From sequence record PZ583739.1: a DNA stretch of 64,000 nt. One strand, written 5' to 3'. The first letter of the stretch is position 1, and each line of letters opens with the position of its first letter. The translations under genes were made by a program, and so were the position numbers. Of this stretch, positions 18,895 through 31,355 are shown piece after piece. This DNA is from a phage. The notes beneath the pieces were generated by a model that had not been told where the DNA came from, searched no databases, and saw nothing but the letters and a program-made list of their open reading frames with translations.

Positions 18895-19110
18895 TTAATG
18901 GACGGTATGCACCTTGACATTAACGATAAATCGGTCAATGACTTCAGTCAGCGGAACGAATTCAACATAATATTCGCCCTTGTACCGTTCGTTGATGTCA
19001 TTACGCAGTGCAGCCAGGTTATTGATAAGAGCAGGAGACATATTCTGACCTACCAGTTTCTGAAGCTCTTTATAAGCTTCTTCTTCAACTTCATGGTGTT
19101 TGTTATACAT
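18895..19110 (-). CDS. hypothetical protein
   Basis: Track ORF 18895..19179 overlaps its neighbour by 77 nt; internal ATG at 19108-19110 with SD GGAAG gives 71 aa; start uncertain. Confidence 0.35.
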   Translation of the reverse strand: MYNKHHEVEEEAYKELQKLVGQNMSPALINNLAALRNDINERYKGEYYVEFVPLTEVIDRFIVNVKVHTVH

Positions 19111-19300
19111 AATGTTCTTCCAAGAAGGCCAAGAGTTCTGGAGCGGATTTAAAGATACCGCCATCGACCTTGTCTTCATCTTTATAGTCCATTACATCCA
19201 GGCCAATACGTCCATCAGTTAAAGGCCATACACTGAAAAAGTATTCGTAACGTTTTTCAATCTCTTCGATTGTACGAAAAATCTTTTCGATATTATTCAT
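19103..19300 (-). CDS. hypothetical protein
   Basis: 65 aa ORF. Confidence 0.4.
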   Translation of the reverse strand: MNNIEKIFRTIEEIEKRYEYFFSVWPLTDGRIGLDVMDYKDEDKVDGGIFKSAPELLAFLEEHYV

Positions 19301-19492
19301 AGGTTTTCCATGGTAATTGGATTCGAGTTTGTTTTACAGTAAGCTCGACCTCGGGATTCAATTTTTTCAATCGGAGACATTCTTCCCAGGCGTCTGATTC
19401 GTTACTGAACGTATAGAAACGGCCGTCAATAACTACAATCTTTTTCTGATTGGTAATATTAACAATGGCCCAGGTATCGCAATAATAGCCCA

Positions 19493-19493
<1 letters not shown>
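19293..19493 (-). CDS. hypothetical protein
   Basis: 66 aa ORF immediately upstream of pseT. Confidence 0.4.
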
Positions 19494-20715
<1,222 letters not shown>

Positions 20716-20743
20716 AATAATTTCCCCAATTTTATAATCCGTA

Positions 20744-20777
20744 GGAGCATTATACTCTGCTCCCATGAGTTTGTACA
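20744..20777 (-). promoter_or_regulatory. early promoter embedded in stem-loop (PeSL-like)
   Basis: Minus strand TGTACA, 17 nt, TATAAT; inverted repeat ggagca/tgctcc brackets the -10 box. Confidence 0.5.
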
Positions 20778-20881
20778 CTACTTTCCAAAAAGACCTTGAA
20801 CACATAAAGTGGCCGCAATTCCAAAACAAAAACAGAATGCACCAAATCTAACAATATCCCAACCAAGGCTACAGTTCTCTA

Positions 20882-21172
20882 TCATTTACAACGTTCCTCT
20901 TTTAGTTCAGAACGATAATAACATAACATACCTTTTTGGTCATGTACATATCTTTTTACATCATTCATCCAAATCCGGAATTCTTGCGATGCTTCAAAAG
21001 GCATACCAACCCAGGCTTGACCCTCAATTACCTTAACTTCCCATTGCTGTTTGTAATCAGCCAATGCAACAGGCCAATTGGGATGAACTTGGATTGTGGG
21101 CTCCACAACGGGCTTCTGGGCACATGAAACGAGTCCAATAGCCAAACATACTGCCATGATAGATTTCATCAT
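20882..21172 (-). CDS. o-spanin (outer-membrane lipoprotein spanin subunit; pseT.2-like)
   Basis: 96 aa; signal peptide with lipobox LVSC; 4-nt overlap with the upstream i-spanin gene. Confidence 0.7.
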   Translation of the reverse strand: MMKSIMAVCLAIGLVSCAQKPVVEPTIQVHPNWPVALADYKQQWEVKVIEGQAWVGMPFEASQEFRIWMNDVKRYVHDQKGMLCYYRSELKEERCK

Positions 21173-21522
21173 TTGGTGAGCTCCTGGAAGTCCCGGGCGA
21201 ACTTATCAAAAGACTGATTAATCTGTTTTTCAACTAATTTAGGCTTCGCTACCACAACCTTAGTACGTTTTGCATCTGCACGGAGTTTATCATTTTCCTT
21301 CTGCAGAAGTTCAACATATTCCTGCCGCTCCTGGTCAAGGAGATTAATTTGATTAATTTGGTCTTTTACTGATTGCAGATTTTTCGCGTTATCTTCTGCA
21401 ACTTTGGTGACCGCAGCCACCTCTGTCTTGAGATTATCTACTTTTGCTTTTAGATAGAAACCACTACCAGCAGTTACTACCAGGGCGAGCATAAGCCCTG
21501 CAGTGAGATTACTTATTTGCAT
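21169..21522 (-). CDS. i-spanin (inner-membrane spanin subunit; pseT.3-like)
   Basis: 117 aa; N-terminal transmembrane segment LTAGLMLALVVTAGSGFYL followed by a long coiled-coil-like region. Confidence 0.7.
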   Translation of the reverse strand: MQISNLTAGLMLALVVTAGSGFYLKAKVDNLKTEVAAVTKVAEDNAKNLQSVKDQINQINLLDQERQEYVELLQKENDKLRADAKRTKVVVAKPKLVEKQINQSFDKFARDFQELTK

Positions 21523-22016
21523 AACTTGATGATTACCTCAACAATATCATCCTGGGATAAACCATTCAGGAGGATGTGATTTGTACTGTCAGACGCTGAA
21601 ATGCGGAACTGATTACCAACTTCATCCGCCATATCATCCTGGGTTAACACTGGGTGTTTAATTCCCAGGCGGTGTTGAAGTGTCAGGGGTTCAACCACAA
21701 CATAACAAACACATCCATTGATATGTACATTAGGTTGGGTCTGGTTAATGAACACTTCTGCATCATATTTAACCAAATGGTTCTTTAAGAATTCAACCAT
21801 TTCAGGAACAGATTCATGCAGTGCTTCTTTCCGCTCTTCTGATTTTTTATCGCGATATTCTTTTTGTTTCGCCTTCAACTTTTTGTTAGAGGCGAGTTTT
21901 TTCCGCAGGTCAGTCATAAGACCAATTTTCTTGGTCCCTTTATAGACATAAATTCCGTCATGACGGTCACCATATTCATTGACAATCATTTCATTTGAAA
22001 TCAGTTGCATATCCAT
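21513..22016 (-). CDS. alc: Alc-like protein (assignment by position and size only)
   Basis: ATG at 22014-22016 gives 167 aa (T4 Alc is 167 aa); lies between rnlA and the spanins as T4 alc does. Confidence 0.4.
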   Translation of the reverse strand: MDMQLISNEMIVNEYGDRHDGIYVYKGTKKIGLMTDLRKKLASNKKLKAKQKEYRDKKSEERKEALHESVPEMVEFLKNHLVKYDAEVFINQTQPNVHINGCVCYVVVEPLTLQHRLGIKHPVLTQDDMADEVGNQFRISASDSTNHILLNGLSQDDIVEVIIKLCK

Positions 22017-22029
22017 AATATTTTCCTCA

Positions 22030-22263
22030 TTAGTAGCGGTTATAACCCCGGGGACCAAAAGAGTTGGCACCCAGGCGCTCATCTTTCTTTTTGGCTCTTG
22101 CTCTAAACCCGGAATCACCTGTTTGAGCTTTCAGTTCTTTTAACAATTTGGCCTTTAGGTCAGTAATGAAACCAATCCGGCGGTCTCCCTTATAGACATA
22201 GATTCCATCATTTCTGTCACCATATGCCTTTGTAACTCTGTCATTTGTAATTAAGTTTAACAT
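22030..22263 (-). CDS. short paralog of the Alc-like N-terminus
   Basis: 77 aa; MLNLITNDRVTKAYGDRNDGIYVYKGDRRIGFITDLKAKL parallels MDMQLISNEMIVNEYGDRHDGIYVYKGTKKIGLMTDLRKKL of the downstream gene. Confidence 0.45.
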   Translation of the reverse strand: MLNLITNDRVTKAYGDRNDGIYVYKGDRRIGFITDLKAKLLKELKAQTGDSGFRARAKKKDERLGANSFGPRGYNRY

Positions 22264-22294
22264 GTTTTGGTCCTCATCAGTAGTTGATGGAACC

Positions 22295-22332
22295 ATTATG
22301 TATAGAAAGAAGGGGCTTGTACACCCCTTTTT
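22295..22332 (-). promoter_or_regulatory. terminator hairpin overlapping early promoter (PeSL-like)
   Basis: Minus strand gggg-tgtacaag-cccc hairpin with T-run after the rnlA stop; TGTACA, 17 nt, CATAAT, then leader caactactgatgaggaccaaaacATG. Confidence 0.5.
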
Positions 22333-22333
22333 A

Positions 22334-23470
22334 TTATTCAGGAAGGATTACTTCCGCCTGGTAGTCTAACGGAATGTAAAGTTTATGATTTTTAAGGAAA
22401 ACTTTATTGATTTGAGCAATCGTTTGTTCAGTTTCCTGTGGGCGTTGATAGGTGTTCATTAATACGGAGAACAATCCCGGATATGGTTTACATAACTCTT
22501 GACCTTTAATCGCAAACTCGCGACGGTCTTTTCCTGCTAACTGTTTTTGTGCATCAAGCAACAGTCCAAGAGTGTTGGACAGATAATCCAGATGTGTTGC
22601 AGTAAAGGCAGTAACTTTTTCACGAGCATAAGTATCGCCAGTAAACATGGCAATAACATCATCCGCGCCGCCAGCAACAACAACTTCAAACAGTCGCTCA
22701 TTATTATTAATGGAGTCTTTAGTATGATGCAGAGCACAATACCATTCTGTTTTCATCTTGAACTTCTGACCGTTAGCCATCTCATAGACGAAGCCTTCAA
22801 TCTCTTTCATACCGCGAACATTCTCAATGGTTGCCGGGTCATATGCTTCAACCAGGAAAGGACGAAGCGCTGCATCTTTGAACAGCTCCTGATAAGGAAT
22901 ATATTCACCAGTTTCATTATGACGAACGTTCAGTAAAATCAGGTCACGTTCCTGGTAAGGCAAAACAATGCGGTTGGTCGGTGCAACATATTCCATGTTG
23001 CATGTATAACCAGCTTCAGTGATTTCAGTCACACGAGCCCTGAATGCACTGCGATGTTCTTGTTTAAACACCTGCAAGGATTCAGCTGCTTGGGAGCTTT
23101 TGATTGACCCTTTGGATTTAAAGGCGATATTGGTCTGGTCCATATAAGTGGAAACCAAACTACCATCAGCTTTTGCAGTAACCAGGACAACTTCATCAAG
23201 GTTAAGGTCCATGGTCATTGGATTCTCACCCAGATTAAAGAATTTTTCCATAGGACGAGCAGCAATGCGAACTGGACCATTGTCATCCATTTCAAACATA
23301 ATGCCACGGCACTCCAGCGCATCATCAAGGAGCCAATCACTATAGGAAGCATAGTTATAGCTAAAGATGCGGAACTTAGTTTCAAATGGAGAAACAAAAT
23401 CCGTATAGAAAAACTTACCTTTATCAGATTCGGCGCAAAGCTTCATTAAGTTATCATATAATTCAATCAT
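22334..23470 (-). CDS. rnlA: RNA ligase 1
   Basis: 378 aa; FRIFSYNYASYSDWLLDDALECRGIMFEMD and KADGSL (adenylation lysine motif) match T4 Rnl1 (gp63). Confidence 0.9.
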   Translation of the reverse strand: MIELYDNLMKLCAESDKGKFFYTDFVSPFETKFRIFSYNYASYSDWLLDDALECRGIMFEMDDNGPVRIAARPMEKFFNLGENPMTMDLNLDEVVLVTAKADGSLVSTYMDQTNIAFKSKGSIKSSQAAESLQVFKQEHRSAFRARVTEITEAGYTCNMEYVAPTNRIVLPYQERDLILLNVRHNETGEYIPYQELFKDAALRPFLVEAYDPATIENVRGMKEIEGFVYEMANGQKFKMKTEWYCALHHTKDSINNNERLFEVVVAGGADDVIAMFTGDTYAREKVTAFTATHLDYLSNTLGLLLDAQKQLAGKDRREFAIKGQELCKPYPGLFSVLMNTYQRPQETEQTIAQINKVFLKNHKLYIPLDYQAEVILPE

Positions 23471-23877
23471 TTCTTCACCTTATGTTGGTAATTCCACGGG
23501 GGATTAAAAAGCTTGATGAACATCGGCTCTTCCAGTGACATAGTTTCGACTGACATTGTGCCAAGTTCATTGGTCATTGACAGATTGAAACACTGTCGAG
23601 CATAGAATACCACCTTTTTACCTTCTTGTAAAGCTTCGTGTATCATCCGGGATTTGTTTGAATCGCTCGTCTGGTCGATTCGGTTAATTGCAGTCCGGTA
23701 ATAGTTGATACGCTTCTTAAGGTTGTTCGTCTTACCAATATACACTAGTTCATCATCAACTGAAATAGCATAGATAACATTTTTCTTGTTCGCGAGAGTA
23801 AGGGTAGGGATTGTACCATTGACTAACTCCAACTCCGCGTATTTTATAAAACTATATTCGTCAGCGATTTGTTTCAT
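23467..23877 (-). CDS. denA: endonuclease II (GIY-YIG)
   Basis: Track start is TTG; ATG at 23875-23877 gives 136 aa as in T4 EndoII; GIY-YIG-type motif VIYAISVDDELVYIGKTNNLKKRINYY. Confidence 0.75.
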   Translation of the reverse strand: MKQIADEYSFIKYAELELVNGTIPTLTLANKKNVIYAISVDDELVYIGKTNNLKKRINYYRTAINRIDQTSDSNKSRMIHEALQEGKKVVFYARQCFNLSMTNELGTMSVETMSLEEPMFIKLFNPPWNYQHKVKK

Positions 23878-23881
23878 AGAC

Positions 23882-23900
23882 AAAAAGGGCCGGAGCCCTT
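23882..23900 (-). terminator. rho-independent terminator after nrdB
   Basis: gggc-tccg-gccc hairpin followed by TTTTTG on the minus strand, between nrdB and denA. Confidence 0.55.
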
Positions 23901-23903
23901 TCC

Positions 23904-25082
23904 TTATAGATATTTACGGAAACCAGCAAGAACGTTCTCATCGACGTCATTGTCAATCTGGGCTACCAGGTAAGCAGACAACTCAACTTCTTGTGGTGCT
24001 GATTGCACATTATCAGAGTTCAGATATTCGCGAATCCATGGAATCGGGTGCTTAGTAGATTCTAACACGATTTCACACGGGAGACCGCATTGCTTCATAC
24101 GAGAAACTGTAAGGTAATCGATGAACCGGTTAAGAATCTCGACGCTCAGACCAGGGAGTCCACCATCTTTAAACAGATGCACGGCCCATTCTTTTTCCTG
24201 GCGATTAACTTCCATGAAAATGGAAGCGGCTTCTGCTTCACATTCGTGCGCGATTTTAACCCATTCGTCACCGTCAACACCAGTCTGCAGCTGACGAAGA
24301 ATATATTGGGTCCCCTTAAGGTGGAGCTGTTCATCACGGGCGATGAACTTCATTATCTTCGCATTGCCTTCCATGATTTCCATGTTCTTATGGAAGTTGA
24401 AAGTACATGCGAAAGATACATAAAAACGAATAGCTTCCAGGGCGTTAATAACATGCAGGCAGAGATAAAGAGACTTCATCAATGCTCGTTTGGCGATAGC
24501 TTCTTGTTTGATAGCTCGTTCCAAACGTTCGTCCGCTTCGGGAGTTTCTTTGGCCAGTTCAACAAAAGCAATCTGATTTTGCCATTGACGAGTTTTATTC
24601 AGAACATCATCATAGTAATGACCAATGGATTCTGCGCGCTTCATGATTGCATCATCTAACAGGATTTCGTCGAATACCTTCGCCGGGTCCGTATAGAGAT
24701 TTCGCATGATGTGCGTATAAGAACGAGAGTGAATTGTCTCGCTGAATGTCCAGGTCTGAATCCATGTATCAAGACTTGGGTCAGAAACTAATGCGGCTAA
24801 TGCTGCAGCTGGAGCGCGACCCTGAATACTATCCAGAAGTGATTGGTATTTCAGGTTGTTGGTAAAAAGTTTTTGTTGATGGTCAGGAAGCTTATTAAAT
24901 TGAGCTCCGTCCATCATCAGGTTTACTTCCTCTGGACGCCAGAAGAATGATAATTGCTTTTCTGTTAATTCTTCGAAAACTTTATGGCGCTGGATATCAT
25001 AACGGGCGATGCCCAATCCTGAGCCAAAAAACATAGGCTCGGCTAAAACATCCACTGGAGTGGTATTAAAAACTGTACTCAT
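23904..25082 (-). CDS. nrdB: ribonucleotide reductase small subunit (aerobic, class Ia)
   Basis: 392 aa uninterrupted ORF with diiron-ligand EExxH-type blocks; syntenic with T4 nrdB. Confidence 0.9.
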   Translation of the reverse strand: MSTVFNTTPVDVLAEPMFFGSGLGIARYDIQRHKVFEELTEKQLSFFWRPEEVNLMMDGAQFNKLPDHQQKLFTNNLKYQSLLDSIQGRAPAAALAALVSDPSLDTWIQTWTFSETIHSRSYTHIMRNLYTDPAKVFDEILLDDAIMKRAESIGHYYDDVLNKTRQWQNQIAFVELAKETPEADERLERAIKQEAIAKRALMKSLYLCLHVINALEAIRFYVSFACTFNFHKNMEIMEGNAKIMKFIARDEQLHLKGTQYILRQLQTGVDGDEWVKIAHECEAEAASIFMEVNRQEKEWAVHLFKDGGLPGLSVEILNRFIDYLTVSRMKQCGLPCEIVLESTKHPIPWIREYLNSDNVQSAPQEVELSAYLVAQIDNDVDENVLAGFRKYL

Positions 25083-25120
25083 TTTATTTCCTCAATAGCT
25101 CATCCATGAGCATAATTATA

Positions 25121-27376
25121 TCAAAGTTTACAGGCGGAGCAGTCTTCTGCTTTAGGAGCTTCGATTTCGTAATCGTCTGTTCCGGAACCATCTCTAGTGT
25201 TATGATAATAAAGGTTTTTCCCACCAAAATACCAGAAGTACATCAAGTCGTCAAGCATAACTGACATCGGAACTTTTCCTTTCGGATAATTCTGCGGGTC
25301 ATAATACGTATTTGCCGATGCTGACTGACAAATCCATTTCAACATAATCGCGACTTGGGTCAGATAAGGTTTGTTACCCTGCTTAGCCAGTACCCATGCG
25401 TAATCGTACAATCCTTTATTGTGTTCGATATTCGGAACAACCTGGTTAAAGGAACCTTCTTTACTTTCCTTGATACTTACTGGACCGCGCGGAGGTTCGA
25501 TACCGTTTGTACTGTTGGAAACTTGGGAAGATGACTCACAAGGCATAAGTGCTGATAATGTGCTATTACGGATGCCATGTTCAACCAGGTCTTCCCGCAA
25601 CTGCGCCCAGTCACAAACGTAGTTTGGAGCTGCGATTTGGTCAATCTTTTTATTGTACCAGTCGATAGGTAATTCGCCTCGAGCCCAACGAGTGTCTGAA
25701 TAATATTCGCAAGGTCCTTTTTCTTTGGCGAGCTTGATTGATGCTCGGATAAGGCCATATTGTAATCTCTCGAACAGTTCATGCGTTAAATCGTTTGCAT
25801 CAGCGTAGGAAGCGAAATTGCTTGCCAACCATGCAGCATAGTTAGTAACCCCAACACCCAGGTTGCGGCGTTTTTTGGCTTTCAGAGCTTCTTTAACCGG
25901 ATAACCCTGGTAGTCCAACAGGTTATCAAGAGCACGAACCTGAACTTCAGCCAGCTCGTTAATCTTATCTTGGTCCTGCCAGTCAAAACTATCCAAAACA
26001 AATGCAGACAATGTGCACAATCCGATTTCAGCATCTTCGCTGTTCACATCAGTAGTCGGGATTGCAATTTCGCAGCAAAGGTTTGATTGACGAATCGGAG
26101 CCTTGTCGCGGATGAACGGAGTGTAGTCATTCACGTTATCGACGAACTGTGGATAAACCCTGGCCGTACCGGAACGTTCGGTCATGAATAATTCAAATAC
26201 ATCTTTTGCTTTGATGCGCTTCTTACGAACCGTCGGGTCTTTTTCTAAGGCTTCATATAACTCGCGGAATTTATCCGGGTTATCAAAATATGAATAATAC
26301 AATTCACCGCCAGCTTCGTGTGGACTAAACAGAGTGATGTAATCATTCTTAGCCAGTCGTTCCATCATCAGGTTATTCAGCTGGACGCCATAGTCCATAT
26401 GTCTGATGCGGTTTTCTTCAACGCCCTTGTTGTTCTTCAGAACGAGTAAATTTTCAACTTCCAAATGCCAAATAGGATAATAAGCAGTAGCAGCGCCGCC
26501 ACGGATTCCACCTTGTGAACATGATTTAACAGCCGTTTGGAAATGTTTCCAGAACGGAATAACACCAGTATGCTTGACTTCGCCCATACCGATTTTCGAA
26601 CCTTCAGCACGAATCATGCCAACGTTGATACCGATACCCGCACGCTTACTGATATATTCGATGATTGAATTAGCAGTCTTATTAATTGACTTCAGGGAGT
26701 CAGCCGCTTCGATAACCACACAGGAACTGAACTGCCTGGTAGGTGTTCTGGCGCCCGCCATGATAGGTGTGGGCAACGAAACCTGTCGGGTGGATACTGC
26801 ATCATAAAAACGGCAAACGTGCTTCAGGCGGTCCGTTGGTTCATCCTGGTGCAGTGCCATGCCGATAGCCATGATAGCGAATTGTGGAGTCTCGTAGATT
26901 TTACCAGTGGTTTTATCTTTAACCAGGTATTTCTCTTTAAGTTGCATCGCGCCTGCATAAGTCAGGTCAAAATCACGTTCATGCTTGATACGAGATTCCA
27001 GGTAAGTAATCTCTTCGGCGGAGTAGCTTGACAACAGCTCCGGGTCGTATTTACCTTCATTAACACAATAAGAAATCTGGTCAATAAAAGAACGCGGCTC
27101 AAATTGTCCATAAACATCTTTACGCAGAGCAAACATCGTAGCTTTGGCTGCAACATATTGGTAATCTGGTTCTTCAACCGAGATAAGCCCAGCAGACACT
27201 TTGATGATAACCGTCTGAATATCGCGAGTAGTCATACCATCGCGCAGATGTGGTTTGATTGTTTCATATAATTCGTATGGGTCGATATTGGTTCCTTCAC
27301 ATGACCAAGAAAGAACTTTAATAATTTTCTGGCCATCAAAATCTTGGGATACACCACTACTTTTTTGTACTTGCAT
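25121..27376 (-). CDS. nrdA: ribonucleotide reductase large subunit (aerobic, class Ia)
   Basis: 751 aa; conserved NLCCEI/GLCTLSA-type active-site blocks; T4 NrdA is 754 aa. Confidence 0.95.
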   Translation of the reverse strand: MQVQKSSGVSQDFDGQKIIKVLSWSCEGTNIDPYELYETIKPHLRDGMTTRDIQTVIIKVSAGLISVEEPDYQYVAAKATMFALRKDVYGQFEPRSFIDQISYCVNEGKYDPELLSSYSAEEITYLESRIKHERDFDLTYAGAMQLKEKYLVKDKTTGKIYETPQFAIMAIGMALHQDEPTDRLKHVCRFYDAVSTRQVSLPTPIMAGARTPTRQFSSCVVIEAADSLKSINKTANSIIEYISKRAGIGINVGMIRAEGSKIGMGEVKHTGVIPFWKHFQTAVKSCSQGGIRGGAATAYYPIWHLEVENLLVLKNNKGVEENRIRHMDYGVQLNNLMMERLAKNDYITLFSPHEAGGELYYSYFDNPDKFRELYEALEKDPTVRKKRIKAKDVFELFMTERSGTARVYPQFVDNVNDYTPFIRDKAPIRQSNLCCEIAIPTTDVNSEDAEIGLCTLSAFVLDSFDWQDQDKINELAEVQVRALDNLLDYQGYPVKEALKAKKRRNLGVGVTNYAAWLASNFASYADANDLTHELFERLQYGLIRASIKLAKEKGPCEYYSDTRWARGELPIDWYNKKIDQIAAPNYVCDWAQLREDLVEHGIRNSTLSALMPCESSSQVSNSTNGIEPPRGPVSIKESKEGSFNQVVPNIEHNKGLYDYAWVLAKQGNKPYLTQVAIMLKWICQSASANTYYDPQNYPKGKVPMSVMLDDLMYFWYFGGKNLYYHNTRDGSGTDDYEIEAPKAEDCSACKL

Positions 27377-27409
27377 GTTTTCCTCTATAGTTCAAAAGGG
27401 TTGGGAACC

Positions 27410-27655
27410 TTAAATTGTCTCTGGTAGTTCCGAAGTCATTTCATCATTATATTCTTCTTCTGACTGGACAGTGATGTCAAAATATGACTGGACATCACCG
27501 GCTGAATCATGACAGTAGACACGTTCATGTCGTTTGGCCAGAAATTTGATTCCGTCAATAGTGATATAAGAATTTGGCGCAGGTAAATCCTGTTCGGTAA
27601 ATTGTGGCATTTCAAAAATGACTTCGCCTGACTGGCGTTTAAATCGTAAATTCAT
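27410..27655 (-). CDS. hypothetical protein
   Basis: 81 aa ORF between td and nrdA. Confidence 0.45.
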   Translation of the reverse strand: MNLRFKRQSGEVIFEMPQFTEQDLPAPNSYITIDGIKFLAKRHERVYCHDSAGDVQSYFDITVQSEEEYNDEMTSELPETI

Positions 27656-27714
27656 AATTTCCTCTCATTAAATTTTAAATAATTATATCACAGTGCCCTG
27701 AAGCGGAATCGTAT

Positions 27715-28014
27715 TTATGTACCCAAATCCTCGAGCGAAAAGGTGTCTTTGAAAAGTTTGTTAACGACCAGAGCGATAACGTCGCCATGACATGACTTCG
27801 GTTTGCATGTGCAGGCTAATCGCATTCCACGAAGGGTTTCAAGGTGTTCTCTTTTGATTTCACCCGATTTAATCTTTGCTATGAAATATTCTTTAAAGTT
27901 CTTTATGTTTTCTTCTCGGGTACCATCTTTATATGGGTTTCCCCACATGGTACCCCGTTGAATATTCACATCAAAGTCGGATTGATATTTGTTAACAACC
28001 CGACAGGCTTTCAT
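27715..28014 (-). CDS. hypothetical protein with Cys-rich motif
   Basis: 99 aa; conserved-looking WGNPY and CTCKPKSCHGD motifs; family not confirmed. Confidence 0.45.
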   Translation of the reverse strand: MKACRVVNKYQSDFDVNIQRGTMWGNPYKDGTREENIKNFKEYFIAKIKSGEIKREHLETLRGMRLACTCKPKSCHGDVIALVVNKLFKDTFSLEDLGT

Positions 28015-28075
28015 AATAGGAAGTTAAGCCCGACCATTACGGCCAGAAATAAAATACCGACAATTTGAATTTTCA

Positions 28076-28272
28076 TTAGACCTCGACAATAAACCAGATA
28101 GACCGATTGAAATCATCATATTCATACGATTTAATTACACGCATAACATAAAGTTCTTTACCCTGGACAAAAATCGTTGTTTTCTCTTTAGGCAGTTCAT
28201 CGAGACTTATGTTCATTTTTTCAAACAGCACCTCATTGGCGCCGTATCTATTGTTTACTATACGAATATTCA

Positions 28273-28273
<1 letters not shown>
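28076..28273 (-). CDS. hypothetical protein
   Basis: 65 aa ORF abutting td. Confidence 0.4.
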
Positions 28274-30049
<1,776 letters not shown>

Positions 30050-30059
30050 TATATTTTCC

Positions 30060-30299
30060 TCACGCTTTCTTAGCGACTTTCCAGTCAGCTTTAAATTGGT
30101 CAACATCAGAGTGGTGAATCCAGAAACCAGATGAGCTACCATCTTCATAAAGAGGACAACCATCACACTCATCTTTCCAACCCATCGCACATAAAGTTTC
30201 TTCAGCTTTTTCCAGGGCTTCTGGATTGTTACCCTGGATTGTAAAGTACCATTTGCCTTTAACTTCTGAATCTTTGATGCTCTCACGTTGTAATTTCAT
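30060..30299 (-). CDS. hypothetical protein
   Basis: 79 aa; ATG preceded by conserved leader ...actggagaataaaATG. Confidence 0.5.
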   Translation of the reverse strand: MKLQRESIKDSEVKGKWYFTIQGNNPEALEKAEETLCAMGWKDECDGCPLYEDGSSSGFWIHHSDVDQFKADWKVAKKA

Positions 30300-30340
30300 T
30301 TTATTCTCCAGTGTTTTAGTTGTTAACTCAGTATGGGACC

Positions 30341-30369
30341 ATTATGTCATAGCCCCATTTGGTTGTACA
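30341..30369 (-). promoter_or_regulatory. early promoter (TGTACA / CATAAT) with conserved leader
   Basis: Minus strand TGTACA, 17 nt, CATAAT, then leader ggtcccatactgagttaacaac...ggagaataaaATG. Confidence 0.5.
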
Positions 30370-30376
30370 CTACTTT

Positions 30377-30643
30377 TTAAATTTTATCAAGCCATTTGCC
30401 AAGTTTAATCATTTCCTTGGTGGCTTTTTCCATACTTCTGAACTTAACTAATAAAGGATGAGTATCAACCCCCATAACAAGATTGGTTGCAAGACTGTGT
30501 TCACCAACAAGCCATAATGAGTATGTTTGAACATCCAGACCATAATTTCTGTCTTTATGAACTCGTACACCCATTACTTCAAATTGATCGCTTGCTTTTT
30601 CTACTGCATCCAGGAAATCATCTTTAGTCATGTTAGACCCCAA
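30377..30643 (-). CDS. hypothetical protein
   Basis: 88 aa ORF. Confidence 0.45.
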   Translation of the reverse strand: MGSNMTKDDFLDAVEKASDQFEVMGVRVHKDRNYGLDVQTYSLWLVGEHSLATNLVMGVDTHPLLVKFRSMEKATKEMIKLGKWLDKI

Positions 30644-31007
30644 AAGTTGCTTTAATCAGCGCAATGACTTCTGCGGCATTTTTGTGATTGACTTGCACAT
30701 GAATGGTTTGGGTATCAACATCAGGAGCATCGCCATCAACTTCCAGGAAGTGACGGAATTCCCATTCAGCGAGTTCAAAGTACTCATCAGGCCCACCCAT
30801 ACTATTCAGGATAGTGCCATCTTTCATTTCAACTTTTTCAACAAAATAATCACCTTCAATATAACTCATATCCAGGACTTTGAAGGAATTGCCGTGTTGT
30901 TCCATCAACTTGACCATGCATGAATTATAATTATCATCAGCAATGGCAGAAGTGATGAATTGTTTTTTAGCAGCAGGGTCCAATACGTAAAATTTACCGG
31001 TTTCCAT
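30633..31007 (-). CDS. hypothetical protein (paralog of 31356..31718)
   Basis: 124 aa; shares DEYFELAEWEF / DDYFELSEEEF and start motifs with the 120 aa protein at 31356..31718. Confidence 0.5.
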   Translation of the reverse strand: METGKFYVLDPAAKKQFITSAIADDNYNSCMVKLMEQHGNSFKVLDMSYIEGDYFVEKVEMKDGTILNSMGGPDEYFELAEWEFRHFLEVDGDAPDVDTQTIHVQVNHKNAAEVIALIKATFGV

Positions 31008-31065
31008 TTTAATTTCCTCATTTTTGTTGAGGGAACATGATAATATGTTCCCATTGGTTTGTATA

Positions 31066-31293
31066 CTACGCTTGAATTAAGCCCATATAAAATTCAGCGT
31101 CTTCAGCATGCATACCGTCACAATACTCATCAGCCATAAAGCGAGTAAGGTCTTCAAGAGGACCTTGAACTTCAATTTGAATACTAAAGAATTGCGTATC
31201 TTTAATGTAAGTCATACTCAAAGAAGGATAGCGATTACGGATAACTTCGTAAGTGTATTCAAAATCAACGATATCAATATTAACCTTAGCCAT
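31066..31293 (-). CDS. hypothetical protein
   Basis: 75 aa ORF preceded by the promoter-hairpin at 31322-31352. Confidence 0.45.
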   Translation of the reverse strand: MAKVNIDIVDFEYTYEVIRNRYPSLSMTYIKDTQFFSIQIEVQGPLEDLTRFMADEYCDGMHAEDAEFYMGLIQA

Positions 31294-31321
31294 TTTATTT
31301 TCCTCATGTAGTTGATAGGTC

Positions 31322-31352
31322 TATAATAACATAATCATAGACCCGTTGTAAA
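31322..31352 (-). promoter_or_regulatory. early promoter (GTTTAC) with stem-loop over the -10 region
   Basis: Minus strand GTTTAC, then hairpin ggtctat...atagacc containing a TATTAT-like -10, then leader ...catgaggaaaataaaATG. Confidence 0.45.
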
Positions 31353-31355
31353 CTG

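Noticed and set aside
22334-22337. CRISPR arrays or other direct-repeat arrays anywhere in the window
   Set aside because: The only repeats are dispersed promoter/leader cassettes with different spacers and orientation-specific promoter motifs, not regularly spaced repeat-spacer units.
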